DNA from: Octopus sinensis
Lineage: Eukaryota
Direction: 5' to 3'
NCBI RefSeq assembly: GCF_006345805.1
Contig: NC_042998.1
Location: 183,520,001 to 183,584,000 of the forward strand
DNA: 64,000 nt
Each line of letters opens with the position of its first letter. The stretch's first letter is position 1. Positions 1-13,349 of the stretch are shown piece after piece. Made by a program: the position numbers and the translations under genes. A model generated the notes under the pieces. It did not search any database. It was not told the origin of the DNA and saw only the letters and a program-made list of their open reading frames with translations.

Positions 1-419
1 TAAATATAAATAAGCAGCAGAAGATTTAACCATGACAGCTGTGTCTAGTTTGTGTAATTCCTTAACCAAAAGTCAAAACAGTGAAGGTGATACTGTATGA
101 AGTCATTCTCATTGCACTAAAAGCCACTAAATCCAATATGATAGACTCAAAACAATAAAGAGTATTAAATCTCTAAAGAACTTATTCTCACTCACCACCA
201 GAATCCTTAATGAGAGGTGGGTCTGAGGATCTCAACAAAACACCCTTTAAAATCAACTAATGTGATGAGCTTCACATCAGCTTTAATTGAATATGTCTCT
301 GATATGAGCATTCCAAGCCATCCTGTCTGTTGTAACCGGCACTCTCTCAATTACGATGATCAATGGAATAGTCTGCTTTTGAAATTGATATGCAAGTGGT
401 TGAGTACTTCACAGACATG

Positions 420-625
420 CATACCCTTAACGTAGTTCTCGGGGAAGTTCAGCACAAATTAGAATGTCACAAGGGCGGCTCTTTGATATACAGGTACTAC
501 TCATTTTTGCTAGCTGAGTGGACTGGGGCAACGTGAAATAAAGTGTCTTGCTCAAGGACACAATGCCACCAAGAATCAAACACATGATCTTACAATCAAG
601 AGCTGAATACTCTAACTACTAAGAT
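420..625 (-). mobile_element. tRNA-derived SINE, degenerate
   Basis: Shares the GTGTCCTTGAGCAAGACACTTTATTTCACGTTGC-CCAGT-CACTCAGCT block with the copies at 10903-11238 and 51790-52030. Confidence 0.7.
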
Positions 626-1352
626 TAGGGTATTGACATATGTCATTACAGTAGGGATTTTCCAAGACAGAAGGGATTTTGGACTGGTTGCTATTTCTAG
701 CAAGTTAAGCAATGATGTAAAGGCTGTCTCATTGGCTTATTATTGAGTAGCCTGTTTGAGTCACATGATAAGGTCAATATCAGTGATATAGACAACTTAC
801 TTGGAGCAAAGCACGCTCCCCATAAATAAATAGGATGCACAGAAAGTTAGATTTCCTGTTAAAGCAGAACAATGCATCAGTTTTTAAAGAGTTAGTGCAA
901 TTGTTTCCAAAAACACCACCTGATACCCAACTATTTCATTATTTAGACAATTCCAAACCTTTCACTGGAATGCTCTTTTGCTGAAACTAATAAAAAGGTA
1001 AACAGAAACTCATAAAAAGAAAGAAAAAAAAAATAAGAAAGCAACTATACTGACAATATTTAAACAGGTATCTCAGTAAAGGTATTCATTTATCAACTAT
1101 GAGATAAAAGGTATACATCTTGCTAGCTTGTGTGATAGGTAAATGAGTAGTGGTGAGAGATGATGATTATGGTGGTGATATGGTGGTGGTATGGTGGTGG
1201 TGGGGGGGATAATGGAGGTGGATACAATATCAATTTAATAACTACCAACTTTCAAATACTATCCTCCACCCAACTACCCGGGTTTTTGATAAATGAGCTT
1301 TCATGCCTATATCTTCCTACACATTATCTATCTGTTTGTTTGTCCGGCTGTC

Positions 1353-1660
1353 ATGTGTGTGTGTGTGTGTGTGTGTGTGTATTTATGTTAGTATGAATGA
1401 ATGGATGAGTGTGTGTGTGTGTATGTGAGACTATGTATGTTTTGCTAGTGGATGTGTATATATGATATGTGCATATATATGTAACTAGTTGTGTAACTGT
1501 ATGTGTGTGTATGTATATAAACGGATGTGTGCAAGTATGATATTGCATACATATCTTTCAGCAGCTATTTGCACGATTGTGTGTGTGTGTGTGTTGTGTG
1601 TGTGTGTGTGTGTGTGTGTATGAGTGTGTGTGTGTGTATGAGTATGTGTGCACATATGTG
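1353..1660. repeat. (GT)n-rich compound microsatellite
   Basis: Direct inspection; source of the spurious CVCV/THTH ORFs. Confidence 0.95.
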
Positions 1661-2568
1661 ATGGTGTGTAGGAGTTCAGAAAGCCGTGAGAAAGTATACA
1701 TTTCTCAAGAGGAAAAGACAAACAGTGGAGAAGATGTTCTGTGTATCTTTCCAAAAAACGCCTGGCTAGATCTATTGTCACACATTCAATAGTAAATGAA
1801 TCTATGGTAGAGGTGGACGGAGGGTGGGAGATGTTTGCCAATGACATGCCCACCCTTAACTAAATACCAAGGTAACTCTTTTGAGTTTATTGTGATTGCA
1901 CTACATTACTAGGTTAATTAGGTGAGGAAATGAGCTGGTAAGCTCATCAGGTGAACTAACATTGAATATCTGACATATATTATATATATATATATAGGAC
2001 ATGAATGTCTGAATAAATTTTTACCAATGAAAGGATGTGTATTATATTTCAGATATTAGAACATACATTAATTGCAGTAACAAAGCTGGTATAGTAGTAA
2101 GAGTAGCATAAGTAATACACGATGGTATCAGGTTGTGAGACTCTTTTTCAGTTACTTTTGTCGTTCACCTGTCTTTTTGGGGCTGATTTCTTTCAGTCTT
2201 GTGACATAGTTAAGAAGCAGTTTGGTTAAAACAGAGAGAATCTAAAAATAGTGTCAAAGCGTGTGTCTGTGTGTTTGATAGAAATCTCTGATGATGCTTT
2301 ATTGGTTGTTTAGGTTCAAATCCTATCAAAGTACTTACTTAATGATCGGCGGGTTTGTATGTGATGAATTGGGAGATATTAGCTTTTGAAAATAAATCAT
2401 GGACACATTCTCTCAAGACTAGCTTGTAGTTATGACATCAGGTTATAAAATACCATAGCTGCAATAAATCAATTACTAAGACCAATTCCATGTGGAATCT
2501 ATAAAAAAGACCCTAAAATTAAATGCAGAGAAACATTTCTAGATTTTTCTAGAAATTCTTCTGGTCAT

Positions 2569-2778
2569 TTAATCCTTTCGTTACTGTATTTATTTTGAGA
2601 TGCTCTGTGTTTCTTTCAATTACTTTAGTAAAACAACTTAGTTATCATTAAGCTAGTGTTAGCAACGTAAATTGTGACTAAGGCTTGGTGAAAGATTTTA
2701 ATTCAAAACTTATGAAAACAAGACATTTTACCACAGAGCCAGAGCCGGTTTTGGCCGGGCTAGTAACAAAAGGGTTAA
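2569..2778 (+). mobile_element. piggyBac-type MITE, family 1
   Basis: TTAA-(T)CCTTTCGTTAC ... GTAACAAAAGGG-TTAA: TTAA target and CCC-type termini; homologous copies at 10538, 15293 and 42694. Confidence 0.85.
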
Positions 2779-2929
2779 AGAATAACAGAGTATGGCTGAA
2801 AGGAGTGAAATGTAGGTGGCAAGTTCTTGACGCAATGAGCAGCTACTTTGACTGTGGGAAAGGTTTGAATCTAAAAACTCCCATTTTCTGAGTCTTGAAT
2901 ATGGGGGATTTGCAATGGTTCGAAAGAAA

Positions 2930-3140
2930 TGAAGCATGCATGCTCAGCTGAATGTGTAATGTTAGCGTTCATGAATGACAGAGCACAAATGAGTCGAGAG
3001 AAAAGCTGGAAAATAAAAGAAATCAGGTGTAGTGTGCAAAAAGGAAGATCATACTGGTTTGGGCATATGATACATGTGGCGGCAGATATTTGTATATATA
3101 GAAATGCCAAGTACTTGAAGTGGAAGGAAGATATGGAATG
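2930..3140 (+). mobile_element. RTE-clade LINE ORF C-terminal relic
   Basis: Translation IKEIRCSVQKGRSYWFGHMIHV resembles the RRLRWFGHV motif near the end of RTE ORFs; decayed. Confidence 0.6.
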
Positions 3141-5107
3141 AAGTGATAAAGACCAATTTCAAGAAGTTGAAAAGATGGCAAAAAATCATAAATTGGGACT
3201 CAGTACAGAGAAGGCTTGCTCACTTGTGCAGCCATGGAAAAATGGTTACTAAAATGGTTATGGAACGTATATCTATATTTGAGTCCCGTGAACAGCATGC
3301 TTGTTAAGTCTCCATATACTGCACCATCTTCTTTACTATTCATTATACCACATAGCCTGTATAATGAAGGATGGCATTTATGATCTGTCTGCATCCAATC
3401 CCACTTCACAATCAGCTTTTACCACTCCTACTATCTTCCATCATGATGCATTTGTAATGAGGGATGGCCTTGAATCTGTCTGTATTTAATACCTTCTACC
3501 ATCACTTATCTATACAGCTAGCCATCACTCTCTCAATTTCTTTCACTCATTCTCTATTACAATCACTCATCTTGCTATCCTTCAATATTTTATTCACTCC
3601 TTCACATTATTTCCCCCTTTGTCACTCTGTTGATATATATCACTCTCTCTTCTACATGTCACTTATGTTGTTTTTCTATTCAACCTTTTTACCAACAATC
3701 GACACGTAGCTGCATTTCAAAATCTCTCTTCCATCATACTTATTCTCACATTCTCTTATTCTGGTTCACCACCCACTCTTTTATTTACCCTATTGGTCAT
3801 GTTTGCCTTGAACAGAGACAAAACATACTAGTGAGAACTCTAGTCTTACAAGACAACCGTTCCAATGTTGGTGCAAGGCTAAAATGCACCCAGTATGTTC
3901 TGTAAAGTTGTTGGTGTTAGGAAAAGCATCCAGCTGTGGAAACCCAAACAAAAATAGAATGTAAAAGCAAGACATGATTGTCTTATCTACCTAGGAGGGC
4001 AGTAACTTGAAATAAGAATTGAAACAGACAATGCCAACCCATGCCAGCATAGAAAGCAGAAATAAAATGATGATGATGAGGTACTGGGTTCAATAATAGT
4101 AGGAAAATATGACAACCAATAGAAAGAATATCTATTGTCAGATCTAAGTTCTGAGTTCAAAAGCCTACAAAGGTGTATTTTGTCAACCCTTTGGAAACTG
4201 ACAGAATAAACATTTGTAAAATTCTGAGATTTGATTAAATGGATATGAACTCTTTTCCAAAAACTAGCCTTGTGTATGGTTAAAGAACATTGATATATAA
4301 ATCATGAAGACAAGATGCCTGGGCAAGTGATCTCATTGTTATGAGTTCAAATTTTAATACAACCACTGGATAAGGCATCAGCATCCTCCTCCTCCTCCTC
4401 ATCATTTTAGTGTCTACTTTTCCATGTTTGCATGGGTTGGACAGAGTTTACAGAGGGAAATTTTTTATGGCTAGATGCCTTTCCTCACTTGTTTCCAAAC
4501 AAGGTAATATTTTCTCATGACTTGACATGTTTTTGCAGAAGACTGGAAATGAATGGCACCGCTTGTATGACAGTGACACTTATTTACAACTGTCATGCCT
4601 TGTCAAGACAAGGACACACACACATGACTCTAATTTTGAGCCAACAAATGAGTTTCAGTATGATTACTTGACCAGCTAGAAATAGAGGCTAAATGTCCCT
4701 AAAATCACATCCTAGCATCTTAAAAAGGCTGACAATGATGGTTATGATTGAAACAATTGGGCAAACAACAACAGCCTAAGTGACAATGGCTCCATTTCTC
4801 GTTTATTGCTAAATGAACAACTGCAAGAGAAGCACTAAACTGTAAAAGACAAGTATTCCAACTATACACAAATGAACAAGTAAATAAAACCATGCAATAA
4901 AATAAAGCAAAATAAAATAATGGATAAGTATAGGAACTGGATAAACAAAGAATTTGTTACAGTAAAAACTAGCTACAATAACACGTGATAAGAGAATATT
5001 AAGAATCAGTAAAAAACAATGAAAATGAAGTAAATTAAAGGTAGGAAAAGTCTGAGGAAAAGATGAAAATTAACTCAGTGATTGAGGAAATAATGGTAAA
5101 CAGGAGA

Positions 5108-5112
<5 letters not shown>

Positions 5113-5162
<50 letters not shown>
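5113..5162. repeat. (GA)n microsatellite
   Basis: Direct inspection. Confidence 0.95.
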
Positions 5163-5166
<4 letters not shown>

Positions 5167-5907
5167 AAGAGTGGCAAAGAGGGAGGTACAAGAAAGATGA
5201 GCAGAACATAGTGTGGAAGCAATTGCTATCAGAATTGTTTGCAGAAACTAAACAAGAAGAACTGTGTGTGATTAGTTAGGTAAAAAGAGATTCAGCTGCG
5301 ATTTCATTAAATATATTCAGTCAAGTTGAAAATTTGCCAATTCAGACAGAAAAGAAAGAATAAAAAAAGAAAAAGAAAAGAAAAGAAAAAGAACAAAAAG
5401 ACAAACAAACACTAGAACTACAATTTTGAAAGAAAGGAAAATGATTCAGCACTGTCTCACACACACACACACACACTCTCTCTCTCTCGTACACAGACAC
5501 ACATGATGCACACACAAACACATAAAAGATGAGAAATTGCTGAAGCTTAAAATAATGTTCTGAGGTGATGATATGTCACTGTTAAGAGTTTTAAAGAGTA
5601 AAAAAAGAAAAGGAAAAAAAGAGAAAAAAAAAAAAAGAAACAGAAAAATTAGGAAGTCGACTGAAGCTTTTGAATGTCCAAACTAAAAACTGAAATCTAT
5701 ATCAAAGACAGGTTAGTTCTTATGAAATGTTATTTGTGACTAAACAAAGATTAAGTCTTTGAATTTCGTTCAGGTTGTCTTCAGTTCCCTCTATGACCCA
5801 CAAAATAAAACAGAAAAAGTAGGAAAGACTATGAATGTTTCAATAAAGAAGTTACATTTCAATCAATGGTTTAGTGACACAGTTTTAAGTAGGTGTGTGG
5901 TTCAGGT

Positions 5908-6230
5908 ACATCATCACCATCATTTAACGTCTGTTTTCCATGCTGGCCAACCAGAGAACTGTCCAGGCTCCAATTGTCTGTTTTGGAATGGCTTGTATGG
6001 CTGGATGCTCTTTCTAGTGCCAACCAATTTACAGAATGTACTGAGTGCTTTTTACGTGCTACCAGCACAACTGCATTTTATGTGGCACCAGTACAAGTGC
6101 ATTTTGCAAGGCATCAGCATGAGTGCACTTTATGTGGCACTGGCAAGAGTGCATTTTACATGGCACCAACACAAGTGCATCTGAGAAGACCCGGCAGGCC
6201 AAGTGAGACCACAACCTCGTGGCCTATGCC
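5908..6230 (-). mobile_element. SINE family A ((GAT)n tail, GGATGCCCTTCCTAACGCCAACCAC core), degenerate
   Basis: Homology to about 20 other copies in the window. Confidence 0.75.
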
Positions 6231-6275
6231 AGGGGTGTAACCAGCCCACTCATGTATACCTTTCCTTCATTGGAC

Positions 6276-7136
6276 ATTGCTGCTTTTAACTCGTCCAGTT
6301 GTATGCAGTATTTCCCAGAATTAATTGTCTGGTTACTTGGAGGAAGCTCATAGTACAGAATTCCTTTCCAATCCCACCAGACATAAAGCAAGATTTTTTA
6401 GGGTGAAGACCCGCTTTTGGGGTGGCCAAGGGTGGCTCATGTCGCTTACTCCAGGATCGCTTTCTCTGAACATTTCAGTAGATAATCCATTTCTCATCAC
6501 CTGTCACAATTTGCTTTAAAAAAGGCGTGTTTTCATTCCGTTTATAACGCGAATCACAGATGGAAATGCGATCCAAAAGGTTCTACTCACTCAACTCATG
6601 TGGTACCCAAACATCGTAGCGATTTGTGCACCTAAGCTTTACCAGGCACTCATGAATGACAGATTTTGATAGGTTGAGGCTTTCTGCCAATTCTTGGGTT
6701 GTGCAATATGGGTTATTCTCAATTAATGACTTGATTTGGTCATTATCTGTAGTGGATGGTCTGCTGATTGCTCATTATCGATAAGGCTACAATCTTCAGC
6801 TCAGAACCTTGTGAACCACTTCCGTACAGTTCTTTTGGATAAAGAAACATCACCTTAAACTGCGCATATTTCTTTGGTTGCTTGTGAGGCATTTTCCCCT
6901 TTATGGAAAAAGAAAAGCATCAAGTGCCGAAAATGAACTTTCTTATCTTCCATTATAAAGGGTTACAGAATTAACACAGGTTATAGGAACATAAACCTTC
7001 TTCCATGAAAAGATAGCTTAAACTATGCTCTAAATAGAAGTGTAGTCAAATCCTATTTTATGGACTCAACCATGTTCTAAAATAAGTCGAAAGGTAAGCT
7101 ACTATAAATCGGTATGAACTTTCCGGACAACCCAGT
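6276..7136 (-). mobile_element. mariner transposon, 3'-truncated, transposase pseudogene
   Basis: ATG at 6953 gives MEDKKVHFRHLMLFFF..KGENASQATKEICAV, then WVPHEL, VTGDEKW and WDWKGILYYE motifs with stops and frameshifts; terminal TGGGTTGTCCGGAAAGTTCATACCGATTT is a mariner-type TIR. Confidence 0.92.
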
Positions 7137-8407
7137 TGAGCACTGGGGTTGATGTAAGTTTTCTCCATGGTTAGCACCATAAAGGAGTGGTAAACTCCCA
7201 ATAAGTTGAGTGTGTAATCTAATCTCTCTCCCTCTATATATACACACACCTCCAAGTTCAGTTGAAACAAAACAGGTTAGGGTTAGTGACAAGAATTAGG
7301 ATGTAAAACAATGCATTAATATATTCATCTAACCCATGCTAACATGGAGATAGAAGTAAAAGTTAAAAAAAGCATCAACAAAAAACAAGTCAAGTGAATA
7401 TATATATATATATATATGGTGTATAAGCACTTGAATCAATTCCAATATTTCTGGCATTTATTTTATCAACCATAACTGGATTTTTGCTTAGAAAATTGAA
7501 ATACTAAACTATATACTATATGCTTCATTTGGTCTAATTTTCTGCATTCTCATAGTGGCATCACATTTGGCCATGTATAAACATAAATTATTGGTTATTA
7601 AACTACTGTGATAATGTTCTATTCTAGTTAGATAATATTCTTAGACAACCAAGAAACCAGACAGAAAGGGAAGGGTGGTGGAGGAGGTTATCTATTTTTG
7701 TTCTCTTTTTTTTCCTTTTTTTTCGGTTTTTCCCAAAGCACCTAAAGACATGTCTCCAAACACTCACTGAAATTGGCTTGCAAACTCAGTTTATCAAGAG
7801 TTTACCATTTCTTCACAGTGCTTGCTAATCATTTAAAACATTACATGACTAATAAAACAGTAAAGAAGATACAAAGAATAAACTACAAATTCTAAAGCGT
7901 AAATGTATAATGTTTTGCTAGTAAAAGGATGACGGCAACGGTGGTGGTGGTGGGTTATATATATTTCAGACATAATATATATTAACTGGAGCAGTGAAGT
8001 TGATGTGATGGATTAAAGGTACTAAATTGATTTGTGCTAGCTGAAAGTTATGCACTGTTGGTTAGTTGGTTGGAATATTGCTTGAGTTACTTTATTCTTT
8101 CATCCTCCGGAGACTGGTAAGTAAAAGTTTGACTAAAATAGAGAGAAGCTAGTGCGTAGAAATAAGTGTATGTTTAATGTAGAAGTTTGAAACCATATTA
8201 GAGACGTCGAGTTCAAATTATATCAGAGCAGTTTGAAAAAGCGAACTTGTGTGTGAAGAGGTGAGAGATTTAGAAATACTTTGAAAGCAAATCTTGTGCT
8301 TACTGTCTGTCAATCTGTTTGTCAATTTATTCCAAAGGTTTGGGAGGCAGTTATAGCATTAGGTTATAATAAATCTGTGAATAAAACTGATAAATCATGG
8401 AATATTC

Positions 8408-8635
8408 TAACCCTTTAGTGTTTAAACCGGCCAAATCCGGCCCAATATATTCTACATGTTTTATATTCAAACTGGCGATATCTAGCCTCTCACTCCTAAC
8501 CTACAATGCCATTCTAAAAATAAACAATCACATCATTGAAACCTCAAAGCTATAAGATAATGCATGATTAATTCAAAACAATTTGAGTGAAAAAGTATTA
8601 GATTTAACAGAGTATTCTGAACACTAAAGGGTTAA
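8408..8635 (+). mobile_element. piggyBac-type MITE, family 2
   Basis: (C)TAA-CCCTTTAG ... CTAAAGGG-TTAA; homologous copies at 9121, 19935, 58615 and 61796. Confidence 0.85.
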
Positions 8636-9120
8636 ACCTAGATTATAGCTCAGATAAAAGTGATAAAGAAAAGGTTTTGGTTTTTTTTAATGACTTGGTC
8701 CAGAAGAAAAAACAATGACCGTTGTCACAAACTCTCGCAGGCAGCTATAGTCAATGCTACTTATCTTCTTGAAGAACTACAGGAAACATATGGACAGGGA
8801 GGGAATTCCAGGGGGATAATATTCTAGAAAAGAAGGATTGGGCATAGTGATTAGTATGGGGCCTATGGCAGCATAAACAACATGGGTAGCAAGAGGAGGA
8901 ATATATGAATTAATTGGGTGGGCCTGGCTGGGAGGTGGCATGAGACCATCCATCTGCAAGGAAGAGAAGCTAATGCAGTGGCTATTGTGAATATAGAAAA
9001 CGGAAACAACACAAGTATGGACCAGGGGTTAGGGTGTATGGATGAGCTAATCAGTTGGGTGACTCCTTTCTGGATGTTCTACCAATGCACCACTTTGGAT
9101 TGGCATTCTTTTAATGATCC

Positions 9121-9348
9121 TTAACATTTTAGTGTTTGCATTATTCTGCCACAATTAATGCTTCTTCATCCACATTATTTTGAACTAATCATGCATCATC
9201 TTGTAGCTATGAGATTTTGATGAGGTAGCTATCAATTTTTAAAACGACATTGTTGGGTTGGTGTGAGAGACCAGATCTGGCCAGTTTGAACATAAAACAG
9301 GCAGAATACTTTTGCCGGATATGGTTGGTTTAAATGCTAAAGGGTTAA
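9121..9348 (-). mobile_element. piggyBac-type MITE, family 2 (inverted relative to 8408-8635)
   Basis: Reverse-complement homology to 8408-8635; TTAA at both ends. Confidence 0.8.
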
Positions 9349-10293
9349 AGGATAGAAGGCAGAGTCGGTCACCATGGAATTTGAACACAGGCAGTACAGA
9401 ATCAGAACAAGTATCTGAAAAATGTTATGTCTGGCTCTCTAATAACTCTGCCAATTTGCCCGGCACATCTCTGATAATAGAGCTGCCCAATTAAGACTCA
9501 GCTGGAGCTAAAATACTATAACTTACAAATAGGAAATTGCTCAGTGACTGAAACAATTGCCTGCAGGGAAATACTTGATGAAGCAACCAACTCTACAGAA
9601 GATATCCAGTGACATAGCAATCCACACGTAAGGGGGGAAAAAAAAAAAAAATTGCCTGATGATAGGGCAATTCTTAAATAGGAAATACTGAAATGATGAC
9701 AGTGGAGGAATCTATAAATTGTAAATTACCTGGTAATGACAGAGAAATAAAAGGGGGAAAAAAAAACAACAATAATAAAGAAAACAAAGAAAAATAATCC
9801 AAGACATTTGCTGCAGTATCAATGAAATAAATTTGATCACGGAAGTGATTTGAGTGAATATATTGTTTCACTGAAATATAGCGGGGGAGAGAGAGTGGAG
9901 AAGAGGGAGAGAGAGAGAGAGAGTGGAGAAGAGAGAGAGAAAGAGGTTATTAAAAGAGGGATATTGCGATTGATTTCTTTTAACTGGTTGTTAGTTGTTG
10001 GTTAATGCAGTGACCTGCTATCTTTGATATAACTGAACCCATTGTAATTTTAATCTCTTTCTGAATCACAGTGATCCATATGACCAAGTGTTTATCTTCT
10101 GTTTCCATAGCATTAAGTAAATAAGAGAACAATTATTGCTCCTACTCCCCCTCACTCTGGAATAATCATCTCTTAACTCACTGGTCAATCTTCATAGGAA
10201 GCCTCCCTCCACATGAATTGAAACATAATACAGAGGAGCTAACAAATCAGCCATCAAATCAACAATACAATGTTCCTATACTGCAGCAATTAT

Positions 10294-10765
10294 TTAACCC
10301 TTTCGTTACTGTATTCATTTTGAAATGCTCTGTGTTTCTTTCAGTTACTTTAAATACTGACTACAGTATGATTATAAATTGTGTTAATTCTGGAATTATA
10401 ACCATATCTAGATTGCTACTCAGAAAGGAGTAGCTTTTGGACAACACCCTTAATATTATCAAACGCAACCTCAACATCCACTAATTCACTCAACAGATGA
10501 AGACTCTTCAATAATCAGATCTCTGATCAACTTATTCTTAACTCTTTTGTTACTGTATTTATTTTGAGATGCTCTGTGTTTCTTTCAATTGCTTTAAATA
10601 TAACAAAGAATTTAGTAAAATAACTTAGTTATCATTAAGCTAGTGTTAGGAACATAAATTGTGACTAAGGTTTGTAGGAAGATTTTAATTCAAAACTTAT
10701 GGAAACAAGACATTTGTACTCAGAGCCAGAGCTGGTTTTAGCTAGGTTGGTAACGAAAGGGTTAA
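10294..10765 (+). mobile_element. Composite piggyBac MITE: family-1 left end + duplicated flank + full family-1 MITE
   Basis: TTAA-CCCTTTCGTTAC at 10294; 10353-10765 duplicates 15086-15521; ends CGAAAGGG-TTAA. Confidence 0.75.
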
Positions 10766-10902
10766 AGCTAGCTGGGCTGGTTGATTTGAGAGTTATGTAT
10801 TCTAGCTAGGGACAAAACACAATGTCTAGGACAGGGTCTGAACCAGTGACCTCTTGATCGACTGTCTGCTATTTTATCTACTTAACCAAAACTATTCTGA
10901 GA

Positions 10903-11238
10903 CCCCCTTCAGTCACGACACAGACTATGGGATAGCACCTAGAAAGTTACCCTCCCAGGCCCAAGTCCGGGCAAGGTTGTTTATGGAAGACCAGGAGTCG
11001 CCCATGCATACCGGCCTCCCCTCTCCACGCCACCAGTGTTATCCAAGGGAAAGGCAAAGGGGCCGATGCAGCTTGGCACCTGTGACGTCGCAACTCATTT
11101 CTACAGCTGAGTGAACTGGAGCAACGTGAAATAAAGGGTCTTGCTCAAGAATACAACACGCAGCCCGGTTCGGGATTCGAGCTCACAACCTCACGATCGT
11201 AAGCTCGATGCTCTAACCACTGAGCCATGTGCCTTCAC
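10903..11238 (-). mobile_element. tRNA-derived SINE, near full length
   Basis: Minus-strand head GTGAAGGCACATGGCTCAGTGGTTAGAGC...GCTCGAATCCC with Pol III A- and B-box-like motifs. Confidence 0.85.
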
Positions 11239-11902
11239 CAAAACTATAATATTGCTATTTTATCAGTCTCAAGAGATTTAAGTCAATTCTAGTATGACAG
11301 GAACTAAGAATTGGGGGAGTTAAGTATCAAATAGCAATTAGAATCTACACCAGCATAGTATCATTACTAACAACTCCTCAAGTCATTATCAACCCCTGTG
11401 GGACGACAGGTGAAAATTGATCTAATGAGAGCACGCAGATATATAGTTAAATACTGATAAGCACTGTGTTCCATATTCTACCATTATTGTTGATGTGTGG
11501 TGCTAATAACAGTGATAAGACATCAAAAGGCAGAAGTTAAGAAGTGTCTGTTTTTTACATGACAAGGTTAATTGAATATATTACTGAGGCATTGCTTTAT
11601 AGTCAGATGTTCTTCCTGTCATTAACCCTTACTCGTTTACCATGTGAAGGATCTCTTACTTCACATATCTTTGAAGGAGGTTGTGAAAGATTTGTTGACA
11701 AGGCAAATGACAACATTACTGCTTATAACTTAGCAATTTTCAGAGAAGCATGAATGTAAACAAACACACACAAGCACACTCTAAAAAATTTGCTTTTAAG
11801 CAGTAATATTTATGTAGTCATAGGTTATGGCTAAGAAAAAAAAATAGACATGAAACCAACGGTAACTTTCTGATCAACCATAACCAACAACTACATTATA
11901 TA

Positions 11903-12217
11903 TATCACTGTGATCACCGTGACTGACCAGGCTATCAGATGTTGCTACACATCGCTGGTCACAATGTGCTTTGCCTTGTTTTAGCCTTCAAGTGATGCCA
12001 CCCCACTGGCTAAGCGAGCAGGCCAACAGAAGAAATAGTGAGAGAAGTTGTGACGAAAGAGTACAGCAGGGGTCGCCACCAACCCCTGCCGGAGCCTCGT
12101 GGAGCTTTAGGTGTTTTCGCTCAATAAACACTCACAACGCCCGGTCTGGGAATCGAAACTGTGATCCTACAACTGCGAGTCCGTTGCCCTAACCACTGGG
12201 CCATTGCGCCTCCACAC
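11903..12217 (-). mobile_element. tRNA(Arg)-like-headed SINE, candidate OR-type octopus SINE
   Basis: Head GGAGGCGCAATGGCCCAGTGGTTAGGGC..GACTCGCAG..GTTTCGATTCCC with TCG at the anticodon position; 3' half recurs at 36265-36380. Family name not verified. Confidence 0.8.
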
Positions 12218-12275
<58 letters not shown>

Positions 12276-13349
12276 ACGAAAGAGATAGATAGACAAACAA
12301 AGACTGACAGATATACACACACATACACATAGAGAGAGGGAGAGGGGTGGGGTGGGGTGAGAGGGATGTATGAACAGAAAGAGAAGAAAATATCCACATT
12401 AATTCATATTTTGGTCCAGTGTTCTTACTAACAGCATCGTTAGTAAAGGAAAAATTTGATTACACTTCCATCTCCCGAACCAATATTCCATGCCAAAACA
12501 AACTATAAGATTCAATACATTAAGTTTTTGTAAGAAGGCATGGTTCAAAAACAATCAGCAGAACTGTACATGTATTCATTGATCTTGCTGTCAACGTTCA
12601 TTGATACATCTATGAGTTAAATATTCCAAACTTTCTGAAATGGCTAACTTTTAAAACTTACTGCTTGAAACATGGCATTAATCTGATGACCACTTTCTTC
12701 AGAATTCAAGCCTATATTTAGAAGCAGGATGTATTTAGCTGTACTAGAGCAAGTAGCAAGATACCATTTATTAAATATATCATCTTGTCTCTTCCATTTA
12801 CTTCTGCAGTGGTGGTGGTTTTGGCGGCGATGGTGATGGGAATAGCTTCAATCTGATGGATAACTTAGCAGACACTGCATTCTTTGTTTCCACCGGGATT
12901 TAAACAACCAGCACTATGTTATTTTCTAGTAAGATTTTAGCAGTAAGTACAGCTATTTCTTGTATGGAGGTCAGTCAGGTTACATCGATAACACAGCATC
13001 TTTATAGCATGATAATTCTGCCTTACAACTTAGTGTCATAACCTCTACACTCTTAATCACTACAAGAGCTTAGAATCAGTAGATGTTTCTTAACATCTTA
13101 CTACTATTTAGTATTACATGATGCAGAGCCTCTTGACTTGCTAAAAGTAATAGCTTAATCTCTCTGAACTCACCTCTGTGTTAAAAGAAGGAAGGACATG
13201 TTGCATGATGTGGTGAGTCCAATATATACAAATAAATGGAACCAGCCAGGCTGAAATGGCTGTCATCACAGATATGCTCAATCAGCTCTGACCTGGGGCT
13301 AAACAACATTTCAGGGTTACATTGTATTACCATACTGTAGTACCATACA

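Noticed and set aside
1160-1853. Cys/Val- and His/Thr-rich ORFs
   Set aside because: (GT)n microsatellite translations.
5759-6240. Recurring ORFs with LQLDALPNANH or WLALGRASS motifs here and at many other loci
   Set aside because: They are translations of SINE family A, not a protein family.
9325-9348. Minus-strand NPLAFKP resembling the LZTS RPTAFKP motif
   Set aside because: It is the terminus of piggyBac MITE family 2 and recurs at each copy.
12652-12848. Minus-strand open frame ending at a GCA|GTAAGT donor, as a possible second LZTS exon
   Set aside because: No RPxAFKP or coiled-coil sequence and no convincing acceptor.
12810-12903. + strand acceptor followed by GGGFGGDGDGNSFNLMDNLADTAFFVSTGI*
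   Set aside because: Good polypyrimidine tract, but no homology, no partner exons and a low-complexity GGT start.
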